Assembly (NCBI GenBank): GCA_026936335.1 | Contig: JAPMXV010000020.1 | Location: forward strand, 1 to 64,000 | Direction: 5' to 3' | Length of the DNA: 64,000 nucleotides | Source of the DNA: Mantamonas sphyraenae STR306 | Taxonomy: Eukaryota > Protista > CRuMs | Shown here: one piece after another, positions 51,774 to 61,103 of the stretch | How the letters are laid out: each line of letters opens with the position of its first letter | How positions within the stretch are numbered: position 1 is the stretch's first letter | Position numbers and translations under genes: made by a program | Notes under the pieces: generated by a model | What the model was told of the DNA's origin: nothing | What the model saw: only the letters and a program-made list of their open reading frames with translations | Databases searched by the model: none

Positions 51774-54700
51774 ATGAAGGATCCTGCCGTGGATGTGGAG
51801 GAGGAACGGCTGGGTGTGCGGCTGTTGGGGCTGCGGTTCAACGACAGCGACATGGAAAACCGATTCATGAGCTGGAAATCGGCCAAGCTAGCTTTGGTCT
51901 CGATGATTCTGGCCATCCCACAGGCGTTGCGTTTTGCGTTTGGTTTCCTCACCACAGGCACCTTTCTCGGCGTAGACACAACCCCACCGCCGGCTGCCAT
52001 CACTGTCGGTTGGATCCTTGTGGTGCTGACCTTTGTGTATGTGGTTCTACTGCTGCTCGTGCGCCGTTTGGGTCGTTTTGATGCAGAGGCCGATGTGCCC
52101 GCGGCTCTCCCAGACACGGTTCGCGCCCTGGGCACCGTAATGGCCCTTGCCGACGGCTTTGTATACCTTTCCTTCATGCAGCAGTATGCAATGGAGCACA
52201 CTGGCGCTGGAGACATGAAAGACCTGACGCTGGCGGCGTACAGCGTGCTGTCGCGCTTTTGGGTGCTTGGTTTGCAGCTGCCGCTGACGGTACAGCTGGA
52301 CACCCTGAGTGTGACGTTCTACTGCATCAGCTTCTTTGTGCTTTACCTCTCCATGGTGCACTTCCTGCTGCCATTGTCGGTGGAGGCGCTGATGCTCTCG
52401 CAGTTTCTGGCATTGACAATTGCCACCGTCCTGATTGTGACCTGGTGCGACAAGTACCTTCGCAAACAGTACGCTCTCAGCTGCATCGTGTCATCGATGG
52501 ATCGCAAACGGTTTGACTTTCTGGCCACGAGTGTGACGGAGGGAGTGATGGTGGTGGACGGCGACGGGGGCGTGCAAGAAGCAAATGATGCGTCACGGAA
52601 ACTGCTGGGCATTCGGGCGGACACAGCACTGGAGACGGTGACACTGTATTCATTCTTTGATGAGGATGAGCTTACGTGGCTGGCAGACCAGATGGACGAT
52701 GCCATGGTCAACTCGAGCACTGGGTCATCCGGGTCGGACAAGGGAAGCGTGTCAGGAAAACAGGGTGATGATGTGGAGAACATGCGACACGTGAAGGCAA
52801 CGTCGATGGATGGACGCACTGTGTTTGTGCAGGTGCGCTTGCATCCGTTTAGACGTCTGGGAGATGCGTTGAAACAACGCGGTCCTGGCGTGGGCATGTC
52901 CACGGTGACCAACAGCCCCGGTTTGGTGTCACCCAACGACAGCGAAACGGAGGAGGAGAGTGGAAGCGAATCTGACTCTGGTCGCGGGGTACAAGGAAGA
53001 AACAGATCACGAACACGGCAGAGCGCAGTGGAGATCCTGCGCAGTGGAAGGCTGGCATCGGGAGCACAAGCAAGGCGACAGACCACCACCGATGAGTTTC
53101 TGATGAATGTGCTGCAGTCGTTGGAGGAGCAGGATGTGGAGTCACAGCGTGGTGGCGGGGTTGCGGGTGCGGGTGGGTGGGGCCCAAACAGCATCGCAGT
53201 GACCCCGGTGCGACTGGGGCGAGGGTCATTGGCTGCGTTGGAGTCTGTGGGGTTGGAGTCGCCTTCAAACTCATCAAATGATGTCACCGAACGAATGTCG
53301 GGGCTGAGTACACCCATGCGGCGGCTGCGCGATCGTGCGAGGGATGGGACGACGCGTGGGGGCAAGGGAAAGGGCAAGAAGAAGAAGCGCAAGGCACCTC
53401 AGTTCCTGATGGTGATGCGAGACATCACATCCATCATGCAAAGCAAGAAGGAGGTGGAGAAGCTGGCCAAATCGCAAGAGCTGTTTCTGGCAAGTGTGTC
53501 GCACGAACTGCTGACGCCGCTGAACTGCATCCTGGGGTTGAACCGAGCGATGCAAGCAGGTGGAATGAGTGGAGTGCAGAAGAGGCAGCTGAAACTGATT
53601 GAGAACTCGTCGTTGCTGCTGATGAATCTCATCGACGAGATCCTGTCGTACAGCGATCTGCAGAATGGACGACGAGGATCGGGGTCGAGCGGACAGGATG
53701 GGAATGGGAGTGGGAGTGGGAGTGGGAACGGGGCAGTGGATGCATTCAACGTGAAGAGCCAGCGTGCAATGGCGGAAGAGTCGCAGCACTTTAATCTGGT
53801 GGAACTTGTGGAGGACATGGTGGAGATGATGGAGAATGACGCGAGTGCAAAGGGACTGTCGATCACGACGTTGATTGACCTTGGGCCACACGAAGGACCG
53901 ATTGTGGGGAACGCACGTGCGCTGCGCACGCTGTTGTTCCACTATGTGAGCAATGCGATCAAGTTCAACCGGGAGGAGGGGGATGTGGTTGTGCGTGTGC
54001 AGAGGGTGGAGGAAGAAGGAGAAGCGAGTGGAGTGCTGCTGTATGGAGACCTGCGGTTGCGAGTAGAGGTGATGGACACAGGGATGGGGATCACAGCGGA
54101 GAAGCAGAAGGGGCTGTTTCGGCAGTTTGGGCAGTTGGACGACGGGTACACACGGGAGGTGGGAGGGTTTGGGCTGGGGCTTGCGCTGTGTGCGGACATT
54201 GTGCGGCAGAAGCTGATGCATGGGGAGTACGGGGTGGAGAGCACGGCAGGGGCGGGGTCGACGTTCTGGTTTGAGTTTGAGGTGAACATCGATGCGGGAG
54301 GCAGCCGATGGACGGTGCAGTGGACAGAGGCAGGGCTGGGAAAGCGAGTGTTGCTTGTGCACGGGAGCGAGTGGGTTGGGGAGAGCATTGGACACAAGGT
54401 GGAGCAGACGGGAGCGGATGTGGTGCATGTGTCGTCAGTGATGGAGGCAGTGGAGTTGCTTGTGCGGGATGGAGAGTGGAGTCTGGAGGAGCAGCCGCTG
54501 GATGTGGAGAAGTGTCTGGGGTATGACCGGATCCTTGTGGACAGCCTTGTGCCTGGAGTGATGGATGTACCGTTGTTGCGGTGGTTGAACGAGCTTGAGC
54601 GGCGACCAGCGGTTGTGTTGCTGTCGAGTGTGTCGTTGGGGGGATGGTACGATGGGCTGTATCCTGGGTTTGGGGTCATGCCGCGGATCTGTCCGATGGC

Positions 54701-54842
54701 AGCGCTGAACATGATGTTTGAGGACTGGGAGGCATTTGTACAGGCAACAGGAGGCGGGGAGATCAGTCGTCGTTCAAGTGCACCCTCGTCGCGAAGATCA
54801 AGCAGAACAACCGTAGTGACGACTCCTCGTTCGATCAGGTGA
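51774..54842 (+). CDS. Membrane-bound PAS histidine kinase with degenerate receiver (copy 1), 1022 aa
   Basis: About 6 TMs; PAS EGVMVVDGDGGVQEANDASRKLLG; H-box FLASVSHELLTPLN; N-box YVSNAIKF; G1 DTGMGI; F LFRQFGQ; G2 GGFGLGLAL; receiver-like RVLLVHG...ILVDS. Confidence 0.93.
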   Translation: MKDPAVDVEEERLGVRLLGLRFNDSDMENRFMSWKSAKLALVSMILAIPQALRFAFGFLTTGTFLGVDTTPPPAAITVGWILVVLTFVYVVLLLLVRRLGRFDAEADVPAALPDTVRALGTVMALADGFVYLSFMQQYAMEHTGAGDMKDLTLAAYSVLSRFWVLGLQLPLTVQLDTLSVTFYCISFFVLYLSMVHFLLPLSVEALMLSQFLALTIATVLIVTWCDKYLRKQYALSCIVSSMDRKRFDFLATSVTEGVMVVDGDGGVQEANDASRKLLGIRADTALETVTLYSFFDEDELTWLADQMDDAMVNSSTGSSGSDKGSVSGKQGDDVENMRHVKATSMDGRTVFVQVRLHPFRRLGDALKQRGPGVGMSTVTNSPGLVSPNDSETEEESGSESDSGRGVQGRNRSRTRQSAVEILRSGRLASGAQARRQTTTDEFLMNVLQSLEEQDVESQRGGGVAGAGGWGPNSIAVTPVRLGRGSLAALESVGLESPSNSSNDVTERMSGLSTPMRRLRDRARDGTTRGGKGKGKKKKRKAPQFLMVMRDITSIMQSKKEVEKLAKSQELFLASVSHELLTPLNCILGLNRAMQAGGMSGVQKRQLKLIENSSLLLMNLIDEILSYSDLQNGRRGSGSSGQDGNGSGSGSGNGAVDAFNVKSQRAMAEESQHFNLVELVEDMVEMMENDASAKGLSITTLIDLGPHEGPIVGNARALRTLLFHYVSNAIKFNREEGDVVVRVQRVEEEGEASGVLLYGDLRLRVEVMDTGMGITAEKQKGLFRQFGQLDDGYTREVGGFGLGLALCADIVRQKLMHGEYGVESTAGAGSTFWFEFEVNIDAGGSRWTVQWTEAGLGKRVLLVHGSEWVGESIGHKVEQTGADVVHVSSVMEAVELLVRDGEWSLEEQPLDVEKCLGYDRILVDSLVPGVMDVPLLRWLNELERRPAVVLLSSVSLGGWYDGLYPGFGVMPRICPMAALNMMFEDWEAFVQATGGGEISRRSSAPSSRRSSRTTVVTTPRSIR

Positions 54843-57800
54843 AGGGTTATCAGGTCAACGAATTGGTGGCGTCTGCGTGTGTCTGTGTGTGCGGGGTGGC
54901 CACACGGCGTGGCAGGGATTTTCTGCGCGCAGGAGTCAAACGAAAAAACCTTCCATCCCCCACCAAAACACAACTTGCAAGGCATGCCACACCTTCAGCA
55001 TGGCGAAGACGAGCTGGGAATGCTATACTTTGGGCTTCGGTTCGAGGAGGAGAGCGTGGAAAAAGGATTCCAGCTGTGGAAGTCCGAGAAGATGGCGAAT
55101 CTTTCTGCGGTGATTTGCATAGCGGCCTTATCTCGCATCGTGTTTGTGATCATCAACGGAAAGATGCTTGTGGTGCCCGTGGTACCACCTACAGTCGTGT
55201 TTGTGTTTGCATGGCTGTACACGCTGCTTTCGCTGCTGTATTTTGGGGTTGTTATTTGGGGCAAACACTTCCGGAAGGCAAGTTTGCCGGTGCCATGGAT
55301 TCCCACGTTTGTGCGTGCGATAGGCATCTTGATGGCCCTGTTTGCACTTGGGGTGTACTTTATCACTGCCAATGCGTACGCCACACAGCTGATGGAGCAG
55401 TACGGGAGCTTGGAAGGCAAGCAAGAGGAAGACGAGTTGCACCTGGTCTTCTTTGGCGTCCTGACGCGCCTGTACGTGTTCGGCTTGTTGCTCCCTGCGA
55501 TGGTTCAACTGGACACACTGAGTGCATTCTTGTACAGTCTCATGTATCTCATCTACTACTACTCTGCGGCCGAACCTGTGATTCCACAGGTGGTGCGTGA
55601 CTCGCTGTGGTCGCAGATGTTGGCGTTGGCCATTGCCACCGTCCTGATTGTGACCTGGTGCGACAAGTACCTTCGCAAACAGTACGCCCTCAATTGTATC
55701 GTGTCATCGATGGATCGAAAACGGTTTGACTTTCTGGCCACGAGTGTGACGGAGGGAGTGATGGTGGTGGACGGCGACGGGGGTGTGCAAGAAGCAAATG
55801 ATGCGTCACGGAAACTGCTGGGCATTCGGGCGGACACAGCACTGGAGACGGTGACACTGTATTCATTCTTTGATGAGGATGAGCTTACGTGGCTGGCAGA
55901 CCAGATGGACGATGCAATGGTCAACTCGAGCAGTGGGTCGTCGGGATCGTTGCGCGCGGGAGAAACGGCTGCACTCTTGCAGGAGGAGGAGATGCGACAC
56001 GTGAAGGCAACGTCGATGGATGGACGCACTGTGTTTGTGCAAGTGCGCTTGCAGCCATTTGCACGTGTGGGTGAAACACTGCAGGCTGCGGCAAAGCCCG
56101 GGGGCAACCTTGCCAACAGGTCGCAGGTGAATGCGGGAGGCTTGACACCCATTGTCGAGGAGGAGGAGGACAGTGCAGGGAGCGATTCAGACTCTGGTCG
56201 CGGGGTGCATGGACAGGGAAGGAGAAGACCCCGGCAGAGCGCAGTGGAGATCCTGCGCAGTGGAAGGCTGGCATCGGGAGCACAAGCAAGGCGACAGACC
56301 ACCACCGATGAGTTTCTGATGAATGTGCTGCAGTCGTTGGAGGAGCAGGATGTGGAGTCACAACGTGGCGGCGGCGGTGGTGGCTCGTGGATGGGCAGCA
56401 TGGCCCCGACGCCAGTGCGGCTGGGACGAGGGTCTTTGGCACAAACACCCGTACTTTCAGACACAGCCAGCGTGGAATCTGAACCAGTCACACCGATTGG
56501 TCGGTGGCGCGCGCGTACAATAGACAGTGCACGACGAAGGCGACGTGACAGGAGTAACGTCAAGGACAAGAAGAAGCGGCGCAAGGCACCTCAGTTCTTG
56601 ATGGTGATGCGAGACATCACATCCATCATGCAAAGCAAGAAGGAGGTGGAGAAGCTGGCCAAATCACAAGAGCTGTTTCTGGCAAGTGTGTCGCACGAAC
56701 TGCTGACGCCGCTGAACTGCATCCTGGGGTTGAACCGAGCGATGCAAGCAGGTGGAATGAGTGGAGTGCAGAAGAGGCAGCTGAAACTGATTGAGAACTC
56801 GTCGTTGCTGCTGATGAATCTCATCGACGAGATTCTGTCGTACAGCGATCTGCAGAATGGACGACGAGGATCGGTGTCGAGCGGACAGGACGGGAGTGGG
56901 AGTGGGAACGGGAACGGGGCAGTGGATGCATTCAACGTGAAGAGCCAGCGTGCAATGGCGGAAGAGTCGCAGCACTTTAATCTGGTGGAACTTGTGGAGG
57001 ACATGGTGGAGATGATGGAGAATGACGCGAGTGCAAAGGGACTGTCGATCACGACGTTGATTGACCTTGGGCCACACGAAGGACCGATTGTGGGGAACGC
57101 ACGTGCGCTGCGTACGCTGTTGTTCCACTATGTGAGCAATGCGATCAAGTTCAACCGGGAGGAGGGGGATGTGGTTGTGCGTGTGCAGAGGGTGGAGGAA
57201 GAAGGAGAAGCGAGTGGAGTGCTGCTGTATGGAGACCTGCGGTTGCGAGTAGAGGTGATGGACACAGGGATGGGGATCACAGCGGAGAAGCAGAAGGGGC
57301 TGTTTCGGCAGTTTGGGCAGTTGGACGACGGGTACACACGGGAGGTGGGAGGGTTTGGGCTGGGGCTTGCGCTGTGTGCGGACATTGTGCGGCAGAAGCT
57401 GATGCATGGGGAGTACGGGGTGGAGAGCACGGCAGGGGCGGGGTCGACGTTCTGGTTTGAGTTTGAGGTGAACATTGATGCGGGAGGCAGCCGACGGACG
57501 GTGCAGTGGACAGAGGCAGGGCTGGGAAAGCGAGTGTTGCTTGTGCACGGGAGCGAGTGGGTTGGGGAGAGCATTGGACACAAGGTGGAGCAGACGGGAG
57601 CAGATGTGGTGCATGTGTCGTCAGTGATGGAGGCAGTGGAGTTGCTTGTGCGGGATGGAGAGTGGAGTCTGGAGGAGCAGCCGCTGGATGTGGAGAAGTG
57701 TCTGGGGTATGACCGGATCCTTGTGGACAGCCTTGTGCCTGGAGTGATGGATGTACCGTTGTTGCGGTGGTTGAACGAGCTTGAGCGGCGACCAGCGGTT

Positions 57801-57947
57801 GTGTTGCTGTCGAGTGTGTCGTTGGGGGGATGGTACGATGGGCTGTATCCTGGGTTTGGGGTCATGCCGCGGATCTGTCCGATGGCAGCGCTGAACATGA
57901 TGTTTGAGGACTGGGAGGCATTTGTACAGGCAACAGGAGGCGGGGAA
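52419..57947 (+). repeat. Tandem gene duplication, offset ~3.2 kb, with patchwork near-identical blocks
   Basis: ~52419-52720 matches ~55632-55932; ~52782-52840 matches ~55992-56050; ~53017-53150 matches ~56232-56365; ~53388-54760 matches ~56579-57947. Confidence 0.95.
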
Positions 57948-58049
57948 GTGGGTGGTCACAACAGTGCTCGCTCCAGCGGGCGTTCGAGCAAGGCGCCTTC
58001 TCGCCGTCCCAGCCAGGGCCTGATGAGTTCCAGTGCCCTTCTCGGTTGA
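54984..58049 (+). CDS. Membrane-bound PAS histidine kinase with degenerate receiver (copy 2), 1021 aa
   Basis: Same motifs as copy 1; kinase and receiver DNA almost identical; divergent N-terminal TM region. Confidence 0.93.
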   Translation: MPHLQHGEDELGMLYFGLRFEEESVEKGFQLWKSEKMANLSAVICIAALSRIVFVIINGKMLVVPVVPPTVVFVFAWLYTLLSLLYFGVVIWGKHFRKASLPVPWIPTFVRAIGILMALFALGVYFITANAYATQLMEQYGSLEGKQEEDELHLVFFGVLTRLYVFGLLLPAMVQLDTLSAFLYSLMYLIYYYSAAEPVIPQVVRDSLWSQMLALAIATVLIVTWCDKYLRKQYALNCIVSSMDRKRFDFLATSVTEGVMVVDGDGGVQEANDASRKLLGIRADTALETVTLYSFFDEDELTWLADQMDDAMVNSSSGSSGSLRAGETAALLQEEEMRHVKATSMDGRTVFVQVRLQPFARVGETLQAAAKPGGNLANRSQVNAGGLTPIVEEEEDSAGSDSDSGRGVHGQGRRRPRQSAVEILRSGRLASGAQARRQTTTDEFLMNVLQSLEEQDVESQRGGGGGGSWMGSMAPTPVRLGRGSLAQTPVLSDTASVESEPVTPIGRWRARTIDSARRRRRDRSNVKDKKKRRKAPQFLMVMRDITSIMQSKKEVEKLAKSQELFLASVSHELLTPLNCILGLNRAMQAGGMSGVQKRQLKLIENSSLLLMNLIDEILSYSDLQNGRRGSVSSGQDGSGSGNGNGAVDAFNVKSQRAMAEESQHFNLVELVEDMVEMMENDASAKGLSITTLIDLGPHEGPIVGNARALRTLLFHYVSNAIKFNREEGDVVVRVQRVEEEGEASGVLLYGDLRLRVEVMDTGMGITAEKQKGLFRQFGQLDDGYTREVGGFGLGLALCADIVRQKLMHGEYGVESTAGAGSTFWFEFEVNIDAGGSRRTVQWTEAGLGKRVLLVHGSEWVGESIGHKVEQTGADVVHVSSVMEAVELLVRDGEWSLEEQPLDVEKCLGYDRILVDSLVPGVMDVPLLRWLNELERRPAVVLLSSVSLGGWYDGLYPGFGVMPRICPMAALNMMFEDWEAFVQATGGGEVGGHNSARSSGRSSKAPSRRPSQGLMSSSALLG

Positions 58050-58132
58050 AGTGTGTGTTCATGTGCGTGCATTTGTTGCGGTTGGTCGCGGGGGCGAGTG
58101 GAGAGGGTTCGCTCCCGGGAAAGCTGGCAAAA

Positions 58133-58169
58133 CGGAGAAACGCAACTTTGGCAAAGTTGCGCTTCTCCG
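58133..58169. repeat. 37-bp near-perfect palindrome in the longest intergenic region
   Basis: CGGAGAAACGCAACTTTG-G-CAAAGTTGCGCTTCTCCG: 18-bp arms, one mismatch; flanked by GCAAAA (58127) and TTTTGC (58181). Confidence 0.85.
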
Positions 58170-58923
58170 CCGGCGGCGGGTTTTGCACCTGGGGGCCACG
58201 ATGTCCCATCTCACGTTGGCGGCAGAGTGCGTCCAATACAGTGGTCAATGTTCCGTGCTTCGAATACGCTGTCGTTGCCTGTGGGAAGGCGTGAAGCGTG
58301 CGTTGCGAGGGTTGCGTTTCTCCGCTCGGCCTGGAAGGGCAACCATCAAAACCCGGCTTGGACGAGACGCGCTTGTCTAACCACCAAAAGAAACTTTATT
58401 CAGGTATGCTCTCAAAGCTGAACACACGGTGAATGCGTTGCATTCGTGTGTATGTGAATGCGAATTGATGTGCATGATACTGTCCATGTGTGGCCTTGGC
58501 AGGCGTGTGTTTGCGCACTGGACAAGTTGTCGGGGACTTTTCCACCGGAGACTTTTCAGCGACTGAATTGGGTGGCGATCGACACACGATTCGAGGCCGT
58601 TGTGTGCGTTGTGCAGCTATCGCAGCGTATTGCACACACTGTCACCGCTCGTGTGGTCATGATTCCGCCGTTGTTGGAAACCTCACGGGAAAACTCTCCG
58701 TCCGGGAACTCCAAAACCGGCAACTTTTCCTAGTCTGGAACACACTCTGTTCGCAAAACACGTGTTGAGCATGCGCTACCGTCACACCTACTTGTGCACT
58801 ACCCTGTGCCGTGTGCATTGCTTCCATGGATCATCCATAGGAGTATCGTGCGAGCGACGTGGACGATTTCTCTCTGACACACGGACATCGCACGACGCGA
58901 CGCGTTCGCCCCCACAGAACAAC

Positions 58924-59616
58924 ATGAGCATCACCCAAACCGCCACTTCCCTGATTGAGAGCGACGAGCAGCTGAAGGACATCGACACGGAAAAGTACCT
59001 GACGGCAGCTCCGGAGGAGGCGCTGGACAAGACCGCCGAATCCCTGAAGGCCAAGGGACACAACGCCGTGGTGGTTGAGAACGCCGAGGCTGCGCTGCAG
59101 TACATCAAGGACAACATCCCGGAGGGTGCTTCTGTGAACACTGCTGGTAGCCGCACGCTGGCCGAGATCGGCTACGTGGAGTACGCCAAGTCGGGCGAGC
59201 ACGGATGGGACGATGTGCACGCCAAGATCCTGGCTGAGGAAGACCAGGGCAAGCAGTGGAACCTGCGACGCACTGAGGGTGCCACCGTGGACTTTTTCCT
59301 GACCTCGGTGTGCGCAGTGACGCAGGAGGGCGAGTTTGTGCTGTGTGACCTGACCGGCACTCGCACGGGTCCCATCACCCTGACCGCTGGCAACGTCATC
59401 GTCATTGTCGGTGCCCAGAAGGTGGTGGCCGACAAGGAGGCTGCCCAGGACCGCATGGAGAACTTCCAGCTGCCCGTGGAGAGCGCTCGCGCACGTGCCG
59501 TCTACGGCATTGACGGCAGCGCCATGAACAACATTGTGTGGGTCAACGGCGCCAACCCGTTTGGCGGCCAGGGTCGCTTCCACATCCTGCTTGTCAAGGA
59601 CGTGCTGGGCTATTGA
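58924..59616 (+). CDS. LUD (LutC/YkgG-like, lactate-utilisation) domain protein, 230 aa
   Basis: IPEGASVNTAGSRTLAEIG, DFFLTSVCAVTQEGEFVLCDLTGTR, VIVIVGAQKVV, LPVESARAR, ILLVKDVLGY; strongly biased codons; no introns. Confidence 0.85.
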   Translation: MSITQTATSLIESDEQLKDIDTEKYLTAAPEEALDKTAESLKAKGHNAVVVENAEAALQYIKDNIPEGASVNTAGSRTLAEIGYVEYAKSGEHGWDDVHAKILAEEDQGKQWNLRRTEGATVDFFLTSVCAVTQEGEFVLCDLTGTRTGPITLTAGNVIVIVGAQKVVADKEAAQDRMENFQLPVESARARAVYGIDGSAMNNIVWVNGANPFGGQGRFHILLVKDVLGY

Positions 59617-59656
59617 TTTGCAAACACAGATTGAATTTTCCATCCTCTCGACTCGT

Positions 59657-61039
59657 TCACCACACGCCATCCAGCACCCATTCGCTTTCCTTGCCTGTTG
59701 CCATGCACTTGACACGAACCACACCTCGGTCGAGCTCGTCTGGACCGGCGATGAGCACCTTGGCGACCCCCGCCCTGTCTGCCGCTTTGAGTTGCTTTCT
59801 CAGCGGACGCCCTGCTTCGTGGGCATTCCACACCACCTGCATGCCTTGCTTGCGCAACGCAGATGCCAGCCGCATGGATGTGTGTGCATCCTGTTCCAGT
59901 GTCACGAGCATGGCTTCCACGAGAGGGGCATCCAACAGGGTGGATCTCCTTGAGGTGTCACCATCGCCATCATCCTTGCTCTCACTGTCGGACGTGCACA
60001 TGAGCACAAGGCGTTCGATGCCACATGCCCAACCCACACCAGCGTACTGCAGGGCGGATTTGGAGGTGATGCGTGCGGCAAGTCCGTCGTATCGACCGCC
60101 AGCGAGCACTGTGCCTTGCTGCACACCCAACACGTCCTGCTGTGTGGCCACCACTTCGAATGCCGTGTCGTTGTAGTAGTCCAGGCCTCGTACGAGACGA
60201 GGGGTGTGTTGCCAGGGCACCCCGGCGTCGGTGAGCAACCCACACACCTCGTCAAAGTGCATGCGGCTTCCATCTGACAAATGGCTGTGCAGCACGGGTG
60301 CATCGTCACTGTCCAACACCGCCTGGTCACATGCATCCTTGCTGTCCAACACACGCAGGTATGCCCCCTTGGCCACTCGCGCTCGACTGTCCACACTCAA
60401 CGACGCCTCGTGCGCCTTCAAAAACTCACCCAGGGTCCGTTGGAACGCCTGACGCTCTTCCAACTTGCCCAAACTATTCAGTTGCACCGTAAGGTGCCAT
60501 TGCTGTCCCCACTCGGCTTGCAACGCCGCCAACGCGCGCCAGCCCACCTCCACCGCCTCTGCGTCTTGTGCCGCCGTCACCTGTTCCTTCCTCATGATGT
60601 GTTCCACTCCCAATTGGTGGAACTGACGTTGTCGTCCACGTTGCGGCCGTTCCCGTCGAAACATGGGTCCTGCATACAGCAGTCGTTGGGGCATGCTCAT
60701 GCCCGCACTCTCCCCGCCGCCCTGGTTGCACACCGCTCGCATCACCCCAGCTGTGCCTTCTGGACGCAACACAAGCTCCCCTCCGTCCACACTGTACATC
60801 TCTTTGCTCACCACGTCGCTGTTCTCTCCCAACGTGCCCGTCACCAGCGCGGCGTGCTCCACCATCGGCGTGCTGCACTCCAGGAAGCCGTAGGATGCAC
60901 ACACTCGCTGCATGCACTCCACCACTGCCCGATGCACACGATACTGTGCCGGTAGCAAGTCGTGCATCCCTCGCACTGCAGAGATCGACATCGACTCCTT
61001 CTCCCACCTCCTTGGTTTGTCGTGGATGCGACCAGGCAT
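59657..61039 (-). CDS. hisS: Histidyl-tRNA synthetase, bacterial/organellar type, ~460 aa (start uncertain)
   Basis: VRGMHDLLP, SDVVSKEMY, LRPEGTA, GPMFRRERPQRGRQRQFHQLGVE, RLVRGLDYY, GGRYDGL, GWACGIERL; C-terminal anticodon domain. Confidence 0.95.
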   Translation of the reverse strand: MPGRIHDKPRRWEKESMSISAVRGMHDLLPAQYRVHRAVVECMQRVCASYGFLECSTPMVEHAALVTGTLGENSDVVSKEMYSVDGGELVLRPEGTAGVMRAVCNQGGGESAGMSMPQRLLYAGPMFRRERPQRGRQRQFHQLGVEHIMRKEQVTAAQDAEAVEVGWRALAALQAEWGQQWHLTVQLNSLGKLEERQAFQRTLGEFLKAHEASLSVDSRARVAKGAYLRVLDSKDACDQAVLDSDDAPVLHSHLSDGSRMHFDEVCGLLTDAGVPWQHTPRLVRGLDYYNDTAFEVVATQQDVLGVQQGTVLAGGRYDGLAARITSKSALQYAGVGWACGIERLVLMCTSDSESKDDGDGDTSRRSTLLDAPLVEAMLVTLEQDAHTSMRLASALRKQGMQVVWNAHEAGRPLRKQLKAADRAGVAKVLIAGPDELDRGVVRVKCMATGKESEWVLDGVW

Positions 61040-61103
61040 GGCCGAATTGAATGTATTCCTCTTCAAGGGTCATCATCCCGTCAATCACCATCCTACCCTG
61101 CGT

